From: Octopus vulgaris
Taxonomy: Eukaryota
DNA: 64,000 nt
Reading direction: 5' to 3'
Assembly (NCBI GenBank): GCA_951406725.2
Contig: OX597817.1
Location: forward strand, 85,622,001 to 85,686,000
The notes beneath the pieces were generated by a model, which saw only the letters and a program-made list of their open reading frames with translations, was not told where the DNA came from and made no database searches. This document shows positions 1-11,800 of the stretch, piece by piece (the stretch's first letter is position 1; each line of letters begins with the position of its first letter). Made by a program: the position numbers and the translations under genes.

Positions 1-145
1 AGTTGTTAGCTATAAAAAATCAATAACTTTATCTAGATCCATTTGACCAACAATTTAAATGCATAACAACACAAACCTATTTGTTATTACCCCAATAGAT
101 ATAGCTTTATTCTTCAATGATTATCAATATTCTTAATAGATAAAA

Positions 146-146
<1 letters not shown>

Positions 147-177
<31 letters not shown>

Positions 178-232
178 GGTGGTGGTGGTGGCAGCGGCAG
201 CAGTGATGGTGATGGTGGTGGTAGTGGTGGTG
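147..232. repeat. (GAT)n/(GGT)n trinucleotide microsatellite
   Basis: Direct reading of gatgatgat...ggtggtggt. Confidence 0.9.
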
Positions 233-505
233 ATTTCAAATTTTGACACAAGGTCAGCAATTTTAGTGGTTGGGTGGATGGGTGGGTAGGGGGTAGCCAA
301 TTGCATCAACCCCTATACTTGACTGGTACTTTATTTTATTAATCCTGAGAGGATGAAAGACAAAATTAACCTTGGCAGAATTTGAACTCCTTATTTTATC
401 AACCCCCAAGACAATGGAGAGCAAAGTTGATCTCTGCAGGGTTTGAACTTAAAATGTAAATACCTCTGGAAGTGATGCCTCTAAGCATTTTGTCCAGTGT
501 GCTAA
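233..505 (-). mobile_element. Degenerate tRNA-derived SINE fragments (same family as 14803-15032)
   Basis: Reverse complement of the family motifs gagttcaaattc, ctttcatcct and aaaataaagtaccagt is present, partly twice. Confidence 0.65.
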
Positions 506-547
506 TATAATAATAATAATAATAGTAATAGTAATAATAATAATAAT

Positions 548-597
<50 letters not shown>

Positions 598-696
598 TAA
601 CAACAACACAATGCTACGCACACCTCAGCAACACAGAGGTGTAGCAGATGATGCAGTAGAAATATGCCTGGAACTATCAGATGTTGAATAATAACA

Positions 697-738
<42 letters not shown>
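506..738. repeat. (AAT)n microsatellite arrays interrupted by a ~90 bp insert
   Basis: AAT arrays at ~506-600 and ~688-738. Confidence 0.9.
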
Positions 739-741
<3 letters not shown>

Positions 742-1208
742 GCCCTGATGCAGTACCAAGCAGTGGCTCTCGTGGCTTTTGATCTTAACTGATTGGAAGT
801 GTTATCATGTACATATTTTGTATTGGTATAAAAGATAGGCTACAGCAAATATTCTACTCAATACAATATGAGCAGAAGTAGTGGGGAAGCATCATAGCCA
901 TGTGCTGAATTCTTTGGAGTTTAAATAATTCACCTCTGGAAACATTGGTGTTTCATTCCTTAAACAAACCTTATTCAGGAATCTTTTGAATGGAATGGGC
1001 TACTTGATTTGAAGAAAATTCTAACTGGTCCCCACCTGCATGCTCATGCACTGTTTATCTTGATATGAGATCACCATGTCGCACACATATGGTAGTGATG
1101 GTCTACCCTTATCAGACAGGTAGTCATGACGGATATATTGAGCTTCATATATTTGTACCCCAGTGTCACTTTGATGGCATGTGCTGCTCCCTCACTCAAT
1201 AATAATAA

Positions 1209-1291
1209 CAACCACAACTGAAGTTGCTGGAAAACACAAGTGGGACTGGTTGAAGAAAGGAACACTGAAGAAAGAGACTGAGAACACTATT
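1209..1291 (+). mobile_element. Fragment of an R4/Dong-type (RLE) non-LTR retrotransposon
   Basis: Encodes KHKWDWLKKGTLKKETENTI, homologous to WTWLKQGDLKHTIKSLI of the element at 4221-4970; begins next to AAT repeats. Confidence 0.6.
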
Positions 1292-3960
1292 GTCCGTCCC
1301 ACCACTCATCCTGAACAGTTGAGCAAAGTGCTGCTGAAAGGCTGCACACATCTGCTTCGGTTCGGAAATCTTGCGCCCGTTCTGGTCCACCAAAGACGAA
1401 ATGGTCGACCTGTTGCCACGCTTTACCTCCACCACACAGGCCCATCGAGCAGCCTTAGTCCCCTCCCCACTTACTGAACATGCCTTAACTCTGACAACAC
1501 AGCCTTCATGTTTGGCATCAAAGTGTTGTTTGAGAGCCAACCTGGCTGCCAACACGCCAGTTGCAATGCCTGTCCTAAGAGTCTCATCTAGTTTTTTAAC
1601 TAAATTCCGCTGTTTTCTTTCATTCTACAGCTAGAGCCTTACTAAACCTAATCGATTCTGCTCTAATTGCCCTCTTGAGAGTAAACCTCCAGTTGTTATT
1701 AACAATTGCCCCCACCAATGCCCGCTTAACTAATAAACTCATCCGGTCTCTATAAGCTTTGCACACCGTTAACAATGTCATTTAACTTCCAGTAACTGGG
1801 ACCCTGTCTATGGAGCCTATCTAAGTTGACCATACAGGTAATGAATTTGTGGTCTGAGTAGCCAACTATGTGGAATTGTGGACATCCTATGCTGTCCTTA
1901 TCTGCTGGCCTACAGAAGACTCTTTCTAAGTACAATCTACACGACCCAATGCAATTAGTCCAAGTCCACATTGGCACATTCAGGTTGTCTAGTCGATACC
2001 TGTCAGACAGCTGAAAGTGTCTGAGAAGGTTGGCGAGGCTTTTGCACCCCCCTCTCCTGTCAGATGCTCCCATGCCCACCCAATCAAAACATTCGTCTAA
2101 GACAGTGTTCCAATCCCCAACTAGCACTAAAGTGCAAGACGTGCCCAGGAAAACCTCAAGACACTTGAAATAATTCGACTGCGTTGCCGCTTTCGGATTT
2201 TTGTAAAGTTTTTTCAAGAAACTTCTCCTGAGCAACCCAATATCATTTGGAAATTTGTTCTTTATTATCTCGTGGTTCTCACGAATTATTTTAAAACTGA
2301 GTATGTGTGCTGGTGGTGTATTGTGTGTGGGTATGACAAAATCTGTCATTGTGGTGTCAGCATTTTCTTTCAAGTATGTTACAAGGTTTACATTATTACT
2401 GTTTATTGCTGTGATGTTTGTATTGGTGGTGGTGGTGTCTGTGTGTGTTGTAATTTGTGTTGGTGTTTGCAGTGGTAGTGCTGGAGAAGGTGTTGTTGGG
2501 AAGCCCTACTTTCTTGCGCCTCCCCACTTTGTTAGTTGTCTCTTTAGACTTTTTCTTTCTTTTGTTTTTCGGTGGCACTGTGTGCCACTCCTCTTTCTCA
2601 CTATCAGTGCTCGCACTGTCCGAGCTGATTTGGTCAGGAAAGGGGATGTCTTTGGGGTCCGTTACAGTAATGCAGTTTCATCTATTGTTGTTGTTGGTGG
2701 TGGTGATGGCATATTTACACTGTCTTGTGTCATCGTTGTTAGTGTTGGTCTGGTGATGGTTGGAGGTGGTGTCACTTTTGTTGGTGGTGCAGTAGCTTTC
2801 AGTCTCTACTTCCACTGCATCTCATGTTGTTGTTGTTGTTGTTGCTGCTGCACTGGAGATGTCTCTGGCGACTTCTTTCTTCTCTCCACCTTCATTCTTT
2901 CCTTATATATGGGTCTATCCACTTTTAAATGTTTTTCGTTGCTGCAGAGGTAGCACTTTGGTCTTCGCCACTCTACAGCAATGTGCAGCCTTGTGCCATT
3001 CAGCAAATTTATAGAGTCAAGTATGGCATTTATACTTTCTTGTTCAATTTGAACGAGAAGCTGCATACCCATACCCGACCAGTTTTGGCTGTGCAATTTA
3101 TGTACTTCCAAAATAGTGGCAGTGTCTTCTATGTTGAAGAGGACAGCTGCCACTAGCCAGCATATATTTAGTTCGGGCAGCACTTGTTTGATTTTTATCT
3201 TCATGATGCACCAACCAAGATATGTCAGCATGCAGCAAATCCTCAGTTTTGAGGGTTGTTGTTGAATGCTGTTTTGCTTCCTCTTCTGTTAGGAAGCAAA
3301 CTTCTACAGTTCCAAATCACTTCCCCTTTGTTACGTATGATTTTTTTAACCCATATGGGCTTGAGCACTGTCTCCAACAGCTGTGGTGTTTCCCCTTCTA
3401 TTTTTTTGTTTTACATTGAAAATTTTATAGATTATCATCCTTTTGTTGGTTTGCCGTATTAGTTGTTGTAGAGTGTTAAGGAAGACATTGTTTCCATCCT
3501 TCCTTAACAACTTCTTTGCATTCTTTATTTCATTCATTGTAACATTGATTTCCTCTGAGCTTTGCTTTGCTGTGGATGCGAAACCATTACAGTGGATTTT
3601 GTTGTTGGTCTTGGTGGTGTTGCTGGTGTTGTTTTGTTTGGTAGCCATGTTGTTATTCCGCTCTTCCTCCTCTTCTGGAGTAGGAGCAATAGTGGTGGTG
3701 AGAGTAGAGAAATGAACATTTGAAAGGTGGTCCAAAGAACAGCCTTCATTGTCTTCAGTAGCACTGCATGAGGTGGAATGCTGTTTTACTTTTTCTTCTT
3801 TGCCTTTTAAGGCACAGATCGGGCGGAGCATATTCATATTTGACATTCGACTTGTTTTGTCGTCCGTTTGCAGTGTGTATGGTGGACAAAGAAGGGAACA
3901 GCTTATTGTTCTTTTCAAAGACATTTCGGCAAAATTAAACAAGTTTCAAAACAAAATTTT
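1292..3960 (-). mobile_element. Degenerate L1/Tx1-clade LINE: ORF1 (zinc knuckle) plus 5' part of ORF2 (APE endonuclease); RT absent
   Basis: ORF 1750-2373 has APE motifs LVGDWN, D.YR, YLERVF, SDH, WKLN. ORF 1196-1555 has post-EN linker ISSL...F..HF.QLF. ORF 2806-3231 has a degenerate CCHC knuckle CYLCSNEKHLKVDRP. Frameshifts and stops throughout. Confidence 0.8.
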
Positions 3961-4149
3961 CAATTTTAAAATGAAAAATTTGCCCCTAAAAGGGGAAAAT
4001 TCCACCTAACCAATTAGCTCAGCAAGAGCCCAGTCAGCTTGGCTACACAAATATTCAAAAATATCAAGTTGTTTAACAATATTTCCAATAAAAATTGGCC
4101 AAAAACTTACAGCTTCTGGAGACATGTCCATCCATTTTGAAAAAAAAAA

Positions 4150-4160
4150 TAGTAATAATG

Positions 4161-4220
<60 letters not shown>
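4150..4220. repeat. (AAT)n microsatellite
   Basis: Direct reading. Confidence 0.95.
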
Positions 4221-4222
<2 letters not shown>

Positions 4223-5045
4223 TGGACAGTTTGAAAGGAACACACAGGACATTAAGGATAATACAGCATCATGGACATGGCTTAAGCAAGGTGATTTGAA
4301 GCATACCATCAAAAGCCTGATCATTGCTGCACAAGACCAGGCTCTTGCTACCCATTCAGTGAAGTATAACATCTATAAAACTTCTGACACCCAGAAATGC
4401 AGACTCTGTGGAAAGAGTGGAAAATGTGACCCACTGGTAAATGGGTGTGAGAGCCTTGTACAAAAAGAATACAAGCACCACCACAACAAAGTGTGTGTGT
4501 ATCTTCATTGGCTTTTATGCTGTAAATACCAATATGAAGTAACAGAGAACTGGTATGAGCATGTACCAAGTAAAGTTATGCAGGAGGATGGAAAAGTAAT
4601 GATACTCTGGGACTATGGTTTTCGGACGGATTGTGTAATCAACCATCGCTGGCCAGATATTGTCATATTGAATAAAAGAGACAAGCACTGTCAGATCATT
4701 GATGGAGCCATACCAAATGACATGAATGTTGTGAGTAAAGAGGTTGAAAAATCACCAAGTACTCTGAATTGAAAGTGGAAATGGCAAGACTGTATGGAAT
4801 GTGAGAGGGTAATGTAAAATTGATACTAGTAGTGACTGGAGCATTGGACTCAGTCCTATTGAAACTTCAAGACTTCTTAAGGTAACTGGAAATCCTATGC
4901 AAGATTGATGTCTTGCAAAAAGCAGCCTTATTGGGCATAGCGCACATCTTAAGGAAAGTATTATCTGTCTGAGGTCCTTGTTGTGACTTGACAGATGACT
5001 AAAGACTCCGGTGCATTTTTACCTACACTGTGATATGAAGGAATA
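4221..5045 (+). mobile_element. 5'-truncated R4/Dong-type non-LTR retrotransposon (CCHC finger plus restriction-like endonuclease), pseudogenised
   Basis: ORF 4095-4772: AAQDQAL, CRLC...GC, HNKV..YLHW, ILWD, PDIVI..K...IID.AIP.D. After a frameshift it ends AALLGIAHILRKVLSV* at ~4972, followed by a short 3' UTR. Confidence 0.88.
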
Positions 5046-5490
5046 ACAACAACAACTTGAGAAAAAATATATAATGGAGAGAATATGTCAGAAAAATGTA
5101 GAGCCTATGAAACTTGGAATGAGACAGTGGCACACATTGTGACAGAATGCCCCAAGTTGGGATTTTTCTATTCAAACAGACAAGAAGTTAGAAAATAATA
5201 GACTGGACATAACAGTTATAGATAAGGAAAAGTGAAATTGCTTACTAATCGATCCATCATGCCCTTTTGATTCTAGGATTGTAAAGAAAGAGGATGAAGA
5301 ACAAAAAAATATACAATCCCTTAAAATTAGAGATAGGAAGAATTTAGAGTATGAAAACTGTAAAGGCTGCCTATATAGACAAATGGTTGAAGGCGATTGG
5401 AACAGAATGCCCTGTAGAACTCCTACAGAAAGTTTGTCTCTTAGAGACAGCAAGAATTATCAGAAGGGTTCTAAATGCTTGAAATGGGTC
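5046..5490 (+). mobile_element. Second R4/Dong-type RLE element fragment (different subfamily, internally deleted)
   Basis: Translates as NLRKN..EKCR..ETVAHIVTECPKL, then WDFSIQTDKKLENNRLDITVIDKE..CLLIDPSCPFDSRI. Confidence 0.75.
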
Positions 5491-6723
5491 TAGTAGGAGC
5501 ATGAGTGTAGGTTGTTGACTGTAGCAGACTGTTGATTGAACATACTTATGAACTAGTCAGGTGATCCTCTGATGATTGAACCAGCTGCAGCTGCATGCTC
5601 CTTATAGATATTCTTTGAATTCAGTATCTTAGTGAATCTGAAAGAAAATCTTTAAAGTATTTATATCCAAAATTTATCATAATCCTATGTAACTCATTTC
5701 ACTGTTTTATGTAGAGGCCACAGAGGATTGATGTTTCAGCAATATTTTTATTACATCCTCTTTGTGGCACATTTTTGGCTATGTTCTTTGTACAAACCAT
5801 ACAAGTCTAAAATGCATACTCAGTATTTCATTATCGTGTTTTTGATAATCTATCCACAGAAATATTCATTTAAAAGTCTTTTCCTTTTTCACACATTTTA
5901 TTTTCATGTTGCATGCTATTTCCTATTCTTTTACAAGCTACATATCTCCCCCCCTCTCTCTCTCTCTCTCTTCTAGTAGTCTTATTTAATTTTATCATGA
6001 AACGAAGCAGTTATTTTAAACTGAGATATGTTGAGTAATGTCTTTTAAATACTTATCCAATACCCATTTTAGTATTTTATGGTAAGACTGGCTCTACATA
6101 TTTAGACATTTGCCAGACAGCTACTTGAAGCAAACATTTTATAGCTAAATACCCTCCTTAACCTTAACCACTTGATGGTAATATGTTTGGTACTTACTTC
6201 CCTGTCTGATCAGCTGATGCTGTATATATTTAATCCCTTCTTTTCATAATTTATCCAAAGATTATTTTATTATTCTTTTTTTTCTTTTTCCTTATTTTTT
6301 TGCATTCCCATTATTGATAATTTGGTGTGTTTGCATTGGCTATCAAGACTTCATTAAACAATACTATAGCAACATCTCCGGTATTATGTTGGTAGCGCCT
6401 TTAAATAGTAATTTTCTTGGTGCAGTATCAAACTGAATTTGTTAGTGTTGACATTACAATTGTTACAACTACAGAATAAAGTTTGGTATGGAAGAACAAA
6501 ATAAAAAAAGATGTATTAACTTTTATTAATGATCGCAGATTTTTTTTTCTTTTTTGTTGCTATTTTCCACTAATATTTCAGTTTCATTAAGATAAACATA
6601 TCTAAAATATAACCAAACGAAAACTAAAATAACACTAAAAAAACAATGATGTATGCCATATCACCAATATGATTGAACAGACAAGATAGCAAATTATATA
6701 AAATAGCTTGCTATGCTGAACAC

Positions 6724-6840
6724 TCATTCTTCTCTCTCTCATTCTCTGTTGCTCTTCTCTCTCTCACTCTCTCTCTCTCTTTCTCTCTCTCTCTCTTTCT
6801 CTCCTTTTTCTCTCTTTCTATTTCTATTTCTCTCTCTCTT
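6724..6840. repeat. (CT)n-rich microsatellite
   Basis: Direct reading. Confidence 0.9.
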
Positions 6841-7259
6841 GTTATTTAACCTTGTGCATGTACTTACAGAAATGTGTGAAGAAGGAATTAAAAATGAACA
6901 TAGTGTGCATATAAAATTGATCTCGATCGGAATTTCCAGCCATGAGTTTTTAGTTGTTTAATCAACTAAACTACCAACTTCATTGAATTAGCTTATAAGT
7001 GGTTGAGTATTCCTGAAACAAATGTACTTTTAATGTAATTTTCATATGGAATTAGCATAACACTGTCTGACAAGGATAGACCTTTGAATTGCTACTACAA
7101 TCCACCCAGTAGGCTCCTATACAGTCCCTGTCTATCCAGTTTCATTCACAAAGTATAGGTCAACTCAAGACTATCATAAATGACACTTCTCTAAGATGCC
7201 AGCCCTCGATAAAAGCAAACTCAGCCATACAACATCTATATCTATGGGTGTATGTATCC

Positions 7260-7617
7260 GAATGTGATTGATGCCAGGACCGCCTAAATGGCACCTGTGC
7301 CAGTGGCACATAAAAAGCACTATCCAAACATGGCTGATGCCATTACCCCTTGACTGGCTCCCATGCCGGTGGCACATAAAAAGCACTATCTGAACATGAT
7401 CAATGCCAGGCCTGCCTGAATGGCTCCTGTGTTGGTGGCATGTAAAAAGCGCCCACTACACTCTCAGAGTGGTTGGCATTAGGAAGAGCATCCAGTTGTA
7501 GAAACATTGCCAGATCAGATTGGAGCTTGGCGCAGCCACTGCCTCTCCAGATCTCAGTCAAACCATCCAACCCATGCCAGAATGGAAAATGGGCATTAAC
7601 TGATGATGATTATCATC
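7260..7617 (+). mobile_element. SINE/RTE-tail repeat with internal tandem units and (GAT)n tail
   Basis: Three ~60-bp units ending ggcacataaaaagcac, then ...ccaacccatgccagaatggaaaatgg...gatgatgat. Reverse copies at ~14055-14340 and ~30615-31050. Confidence 0.6.
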
Positions 7618-7654
7618 ATACACACACAGACATACACACATGTATGTACATATA

Positions 7655-9291
7655 CAGTTGCGGCCAAAATGTTCAGAATGGCATTGTTTTCGTCAGAAAA
7701 GTAGATATAATTTTTTATCAAAGTTGTTTTATATTCTATAATTTTCACAGACAATAAATACGATATTATTTGTTATTGCCTGATTGAGATTGTTATTGGT
7801 GTAATTTGAGAGGATAATACAAAAGTTATGGATGATTTAGTGATTTACTACAAAACCCATGGTGGCCAAAATGATCAGAACGGTTGCTTTTACTCCGTGT
7901 TTTAGTATATTTAACCGGTGAACTCTAATGTTTTGAATTTGTTTATGTGATGGTTCGTTTACTAAACATTAGTAAAAATATTTGCAGTGTACTTTGTTAA
8001 TATAATACCACTTACTCCATTACCAATTCGTCAGCAGATTATTAGGCTTCGAAGGAAGGATAATTTAAGTATTGGATCTATTGCAAAGATTGTTAACAAG
8101 TCAAAAAGTGTTGTACATGGTATTCTTAAGGTCTACGATGATTGTGGTTCGTGTGAAGCAAGAAAGTTTACAGGTAGGCCAAGAAAAACGACCAAGAGAG
8201 AAGATCGTGCTATGGTAAAGTTGGTTAAAAAGGACAGATTTAAAACTGCTGCTGCTGTTTCTCAGAAAATGAGCATTGTATTGAAGAAAACTTTATCTCG
8301 AAAAACTGTGTCTCGTCGTTTAGTTGAACATGACCTACAAGCAAGAGCACCTGCAGTGAAGCCACTGATCAGCTCCAAGAATAAAAAGTGTCGTCTTACC
8401 TTTGCAACCGAACATGTGTTGTGGTCTCAAGAAAAATGGCAAACGGTGCATTTCAGTGATGAATCTAAGTTTATGCTATTTGGCTCAGATGGAAAAAGGT
8501 ACGTTCGTAGAAAAGTAGGTGAAAAATTGTTGCCTAAATGCCTTAAGACTAGTGTTAAATTCGGTGGAGGAAGTGTCATGGTTTGGGGAATGATATCTGG
8601 AGATGGTGTAGGCCCTTTGGTGCTATTACATGGAAAGTTAAATGCAGGAGTTTATAAACAACTTGTAAAAGATCATGTCTTGCCTGTGCTGAGAAATTCA
8701 ACTAAGCGACCACCCATATTCATGCAGGACAATGCCCCATGTCACAAGGCTAAGGTGGTCATGAACTTCCTCAAGGCTGAAAAGGTTATTGTTATGGATT
8801 GGCCAGCTCAAAGACCAGATCTCAATCCTATTGAAAATGTGTGGAATATTCTAGGAGAACATTCGAAAGCCAGAAACCCTAAAACAACTGAGCAATTATG
8901 GAATGCCCTTCAGGAAGAATGGAATAAGATCACCCAGCAAGAAATTGAAAATTTTATTTCCTCATGCAGTTGAAGATGTCAGAGTGCTATTGAAGCTAAA
9001 GGGCTTCACGCTAAATATTAAATAATTCCAGTATTCTCTGTCATTTTTTATTATTTTGTTAATTTTTCAACTGTTCTGATCATTTTGGCCGCCATGGGTT
9101 TTGCAGTAAATCACTAAATTATCCATAACTTTTGTATTATCCTCTCAAATTACACCAAACTCTCAGACAATAACAATTAATATTGTATTTATTGTCTGTG
9201 AAAATTATAGAATATAAAACAACTTAGATAAAAAATTATATCTACTTTTCTGACGGAAACAATGCCGTTCTGAACATTTTGGCTGCAACTG
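7655..9291 (+). mobile_element. Full-length Tc1 DNA transposon (DD34E, long IR/DR-type TIRs), ~1637 bp, TA target duplication
   Basis: TA|CAGTTGCGGCCAAAATGTTCAGAA...TTCTGAACATTTTGGCTGCAACTG|TA. TIRs ~7655-7886 and ~9068-9291, each with an inner direct repeat GGCCAAAATGATCAGAAC. Confidence 0.96.
7987..9021 (+). pseudogene. Tc1 transposase, nearly intact; premature TGA at 8971 and apparently lost ATG
   Basis: HTH region, GRPRK, FSDESKF, GGGSVMVWG, QDNAPCH, PDLNPIENVW (34 residues between D and E). Frame continues after the TGA as RCQSAIEAKGLHAKY* to 9021. Confidence 0.92.
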
Positions 9292-9293
9292 TA

Positions 9294-9729
9294 CATGGAG
9301 GTGTGGTTGTGTAGTAAGAAGCTTGTGGCGAGCTGGCAGAAACATTATCAAAGGCGGAGAGCTGGCAGAAACGTTAGCACACCAGGCAAAATGCTTAGCG
9401 GTATTTCGTCTGCCGTTATGTTCTGAGTTCAAATTCTGCCGAGGTCGACTTTGCCTTTCATCCTTTCAGGGTCGATAAATTAAGTACTAGTTAAGCACTG
9501 AGGTCGATGTAATCGACTTAATCCCTCTGTCTGTCCTTGTTTGTCCCCTCTATGTTTAGCCCCTTGTGGGCCATAAAGAAATAAGAATCTTGCTTCCCAA
9601 CCACATGGTTCCAGGTTCAGTCCCACTGTGTGGCACCTTGGGCAAGTGTCCTATGATAGGCCATGGGTCAACCAAAGCCTTGTGAGTGGATTTGGTTGAT
9701 GGAAACCGAAAGAAGCCCATCGTATATGT

Positions 9730-9760
<31 letters not shown>

Positions 9761-9990
9761 CATGTATTTATATATATATATGTTTTTGTGTCTGTGTTTG
9801 TCCCCCACCATTGCTTGACAACCGATGTTGGTGTGTTTGCATCCCCATAACCTAGAAATTCAGCAAATGAGACTGATAGAAGAAGTACCAGGCTTACAAA
9901 GAATGAGTTGTGGGGTAGATTTGTTTGACTAAAGGCAGTGCTCCAGCATGGCTGCAGTCAAATAACTGAAACAAATAAAAGAATAAAAGA
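9294..9990 (+). mobile_element. tRNA-derived CORE-like SINE, interrupted by a younger SINE and a TA tract
   Basis: gtggttgtgtagtaagaagcttg...cttcccaaccacatggttccaggttcagtccc...ccttgggcaagtgtc. Same family at 13606-13945(-), 32355-32720(-), 46274-46655(+). Confidence 0.8.
9326..9581 (+). mobile_element. tRNA-derived SINE inserted in another SINE, 11-bp TSD
   Basis: A-box-like agctggcagaa, B-box gagttcaaattc; flanked by taagaagcttg (9315-9325) and taagaatcttg (9582-9592). Confidence 0.88.
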
Positions 9991-11718
9991 ATATAGTTAC
10001 ATAGATTGATGGTTTTTCTTATAAGGTTGACAAAGGTAGTTGAGTTTAACCCTAGGTGTTAAGAGTTGCTGGCGTGGATTAAGATGATATGCACCAAAAT
10101 CCAAAATCGTTCAATCCAACTATGTACGCTGGGGACTTACCTCCTTTTGTCAGTCATTAAGTACTGTGCTTCAAGGCTTTTGAGTTGTTTTAACTCTTGT
10201 TTCTAGCAATAGCTGGTGCTGGTCAGTACCCTCCATCACTTTTGGGACCTCTATTCATTTTGCTTTTAGGTGTGTGTGTGTGTGTGTGTGCGTGTGCGTG
10301 CATGTCAGAGAGACAGAGAGAGAACACAGATCTAGAATTATTGTTCATTTGTTCCTTGCAAAATAATGGATTAAGGAAATTACTGACATTACTGGAATTA
10401 CCAATAATCTAAAAACTATTTGGCTAATGTCCATATACATCATCAAGAAGAGATTACATGATAAAAGAAAGATATATTTTATGACATTTAATAAAAATAC
10501 GTTGATAGCATGTAAATAAATTTTTTAAAAAAACAGACAATAAATGATCCTCTACATGGTAGCTAAGCCTGCTAGAAGTAGCAGCATACTTAACTGCCTT
10601 CAAAAAGAAAAACACAGATAGCTTATGTGATCTTGAATATATCTGAAAATAAGATAGATCGTCATGGCTAGAATGTCTTTTTTCATAGGTCTGCTCTTTC
10701 TGAGTTAAACTGGTATTAAACAACTAAATTAGGCAAATTATGGAGATTCAACTATACATAGTGATCAATCTCTGTCAGCTGGCAATGAGGATTCTGTAGT
10801 TTAAGCAACTGAATTACCTGATCCTGATTTAACATATTAGTGGCTGAGTATTCCACAGAAATGTGCGTCCTTAGTGTAATTTGCAGAGTAACAAAGTTTG
10901 TAACAAGGGTGCACTTTTTGAATTACAGGTAAATTATAGTTTCTATATAATTTGTGTCTACCCAATTTCACTCACAACAAATGGGTTAACCCCAAGACTG
11001 TTGAAAGGACATTTGCCCAAGTTACTATGCAATAGGATCAAACACAGAGCCTCGTGGTTGTGAAATAAACTTCTTAACTTTTTGGCCATAATGACTCCAC
11101 TTATTAGTATTTTAAAAGAAGATAGAATTATGAGTAGTAAGATCACGTGAAGGAGTTGCCAGAAAAAAAACTGAGTGTCATATAAATGAATGATAATAAG
11201 TTTCTTATGAAAAACATTGGCTAAAACAAAACTTAATTTGTGATATACATATACATATATATATACATTATCTATATATATATATAATTTAAATTTAATT
11301 TAACACACCTAAAAGTGTGTTAAATTAAATTTTCTACCTATTATATATGTTTTTATTATTATTTTTGCAATTTACTTATTCTTTACATTTTATTGTTATT
11401 TTAATTTTAACTTTTCTATTATATATAATTTTCTAGATGGTGTAATTTAATTGTTCATTTTGAATTGATAAAAGGTGTTTTTTTTTCTAATTTTTTATAT
11501 ATATATTATATTGTGTGAAATTTGATTTAGTATTTTTAAATTAAATTTTTTTCCTTGTAAGTTTGGATTTTATTCCCTCAAATAATAAATATATATACAT
11601 ATATAAAATATATATTAGAGAAAAAACCACTATTATTATATATTTATATTGTGAAATTTGATTCAATACTAAATTGAATTTGTCCCTGTAAGTTTGGAGT
11701 TATACTCCCTAATATTAT

Positions 11719-11723
<5 letters not shown>

Positions 11724-11791
<68 letters not shown>

Positions 11792-11800
11792 TATATATAT
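11724..11800. repeat. (TA)n microsatellite
   Basis: Direct reading. Confidence 0.95.

Noticed and set aside
2255-2953. 232-aa hydrophobic + strand ORF resembling a membrane protein
   Set aside because: Antisense shadow of the A/C-rich LINE ORF1 region; Val/Cys runs come from GT/GTT repeats
4006-4372. Poly-Leu/poly-Ile ORFs resembling signal peptides
   Set aside because: Translations of the (AAT)n microsatellite
7260-7455. Regularly spaced ggcacataaaaagcac repeats resembling a CRISPR array
   Set aside because: Spacers are homologous to one another, the context is eukaryotic and no cas genes are present; internal tandem repeat of a retroelement
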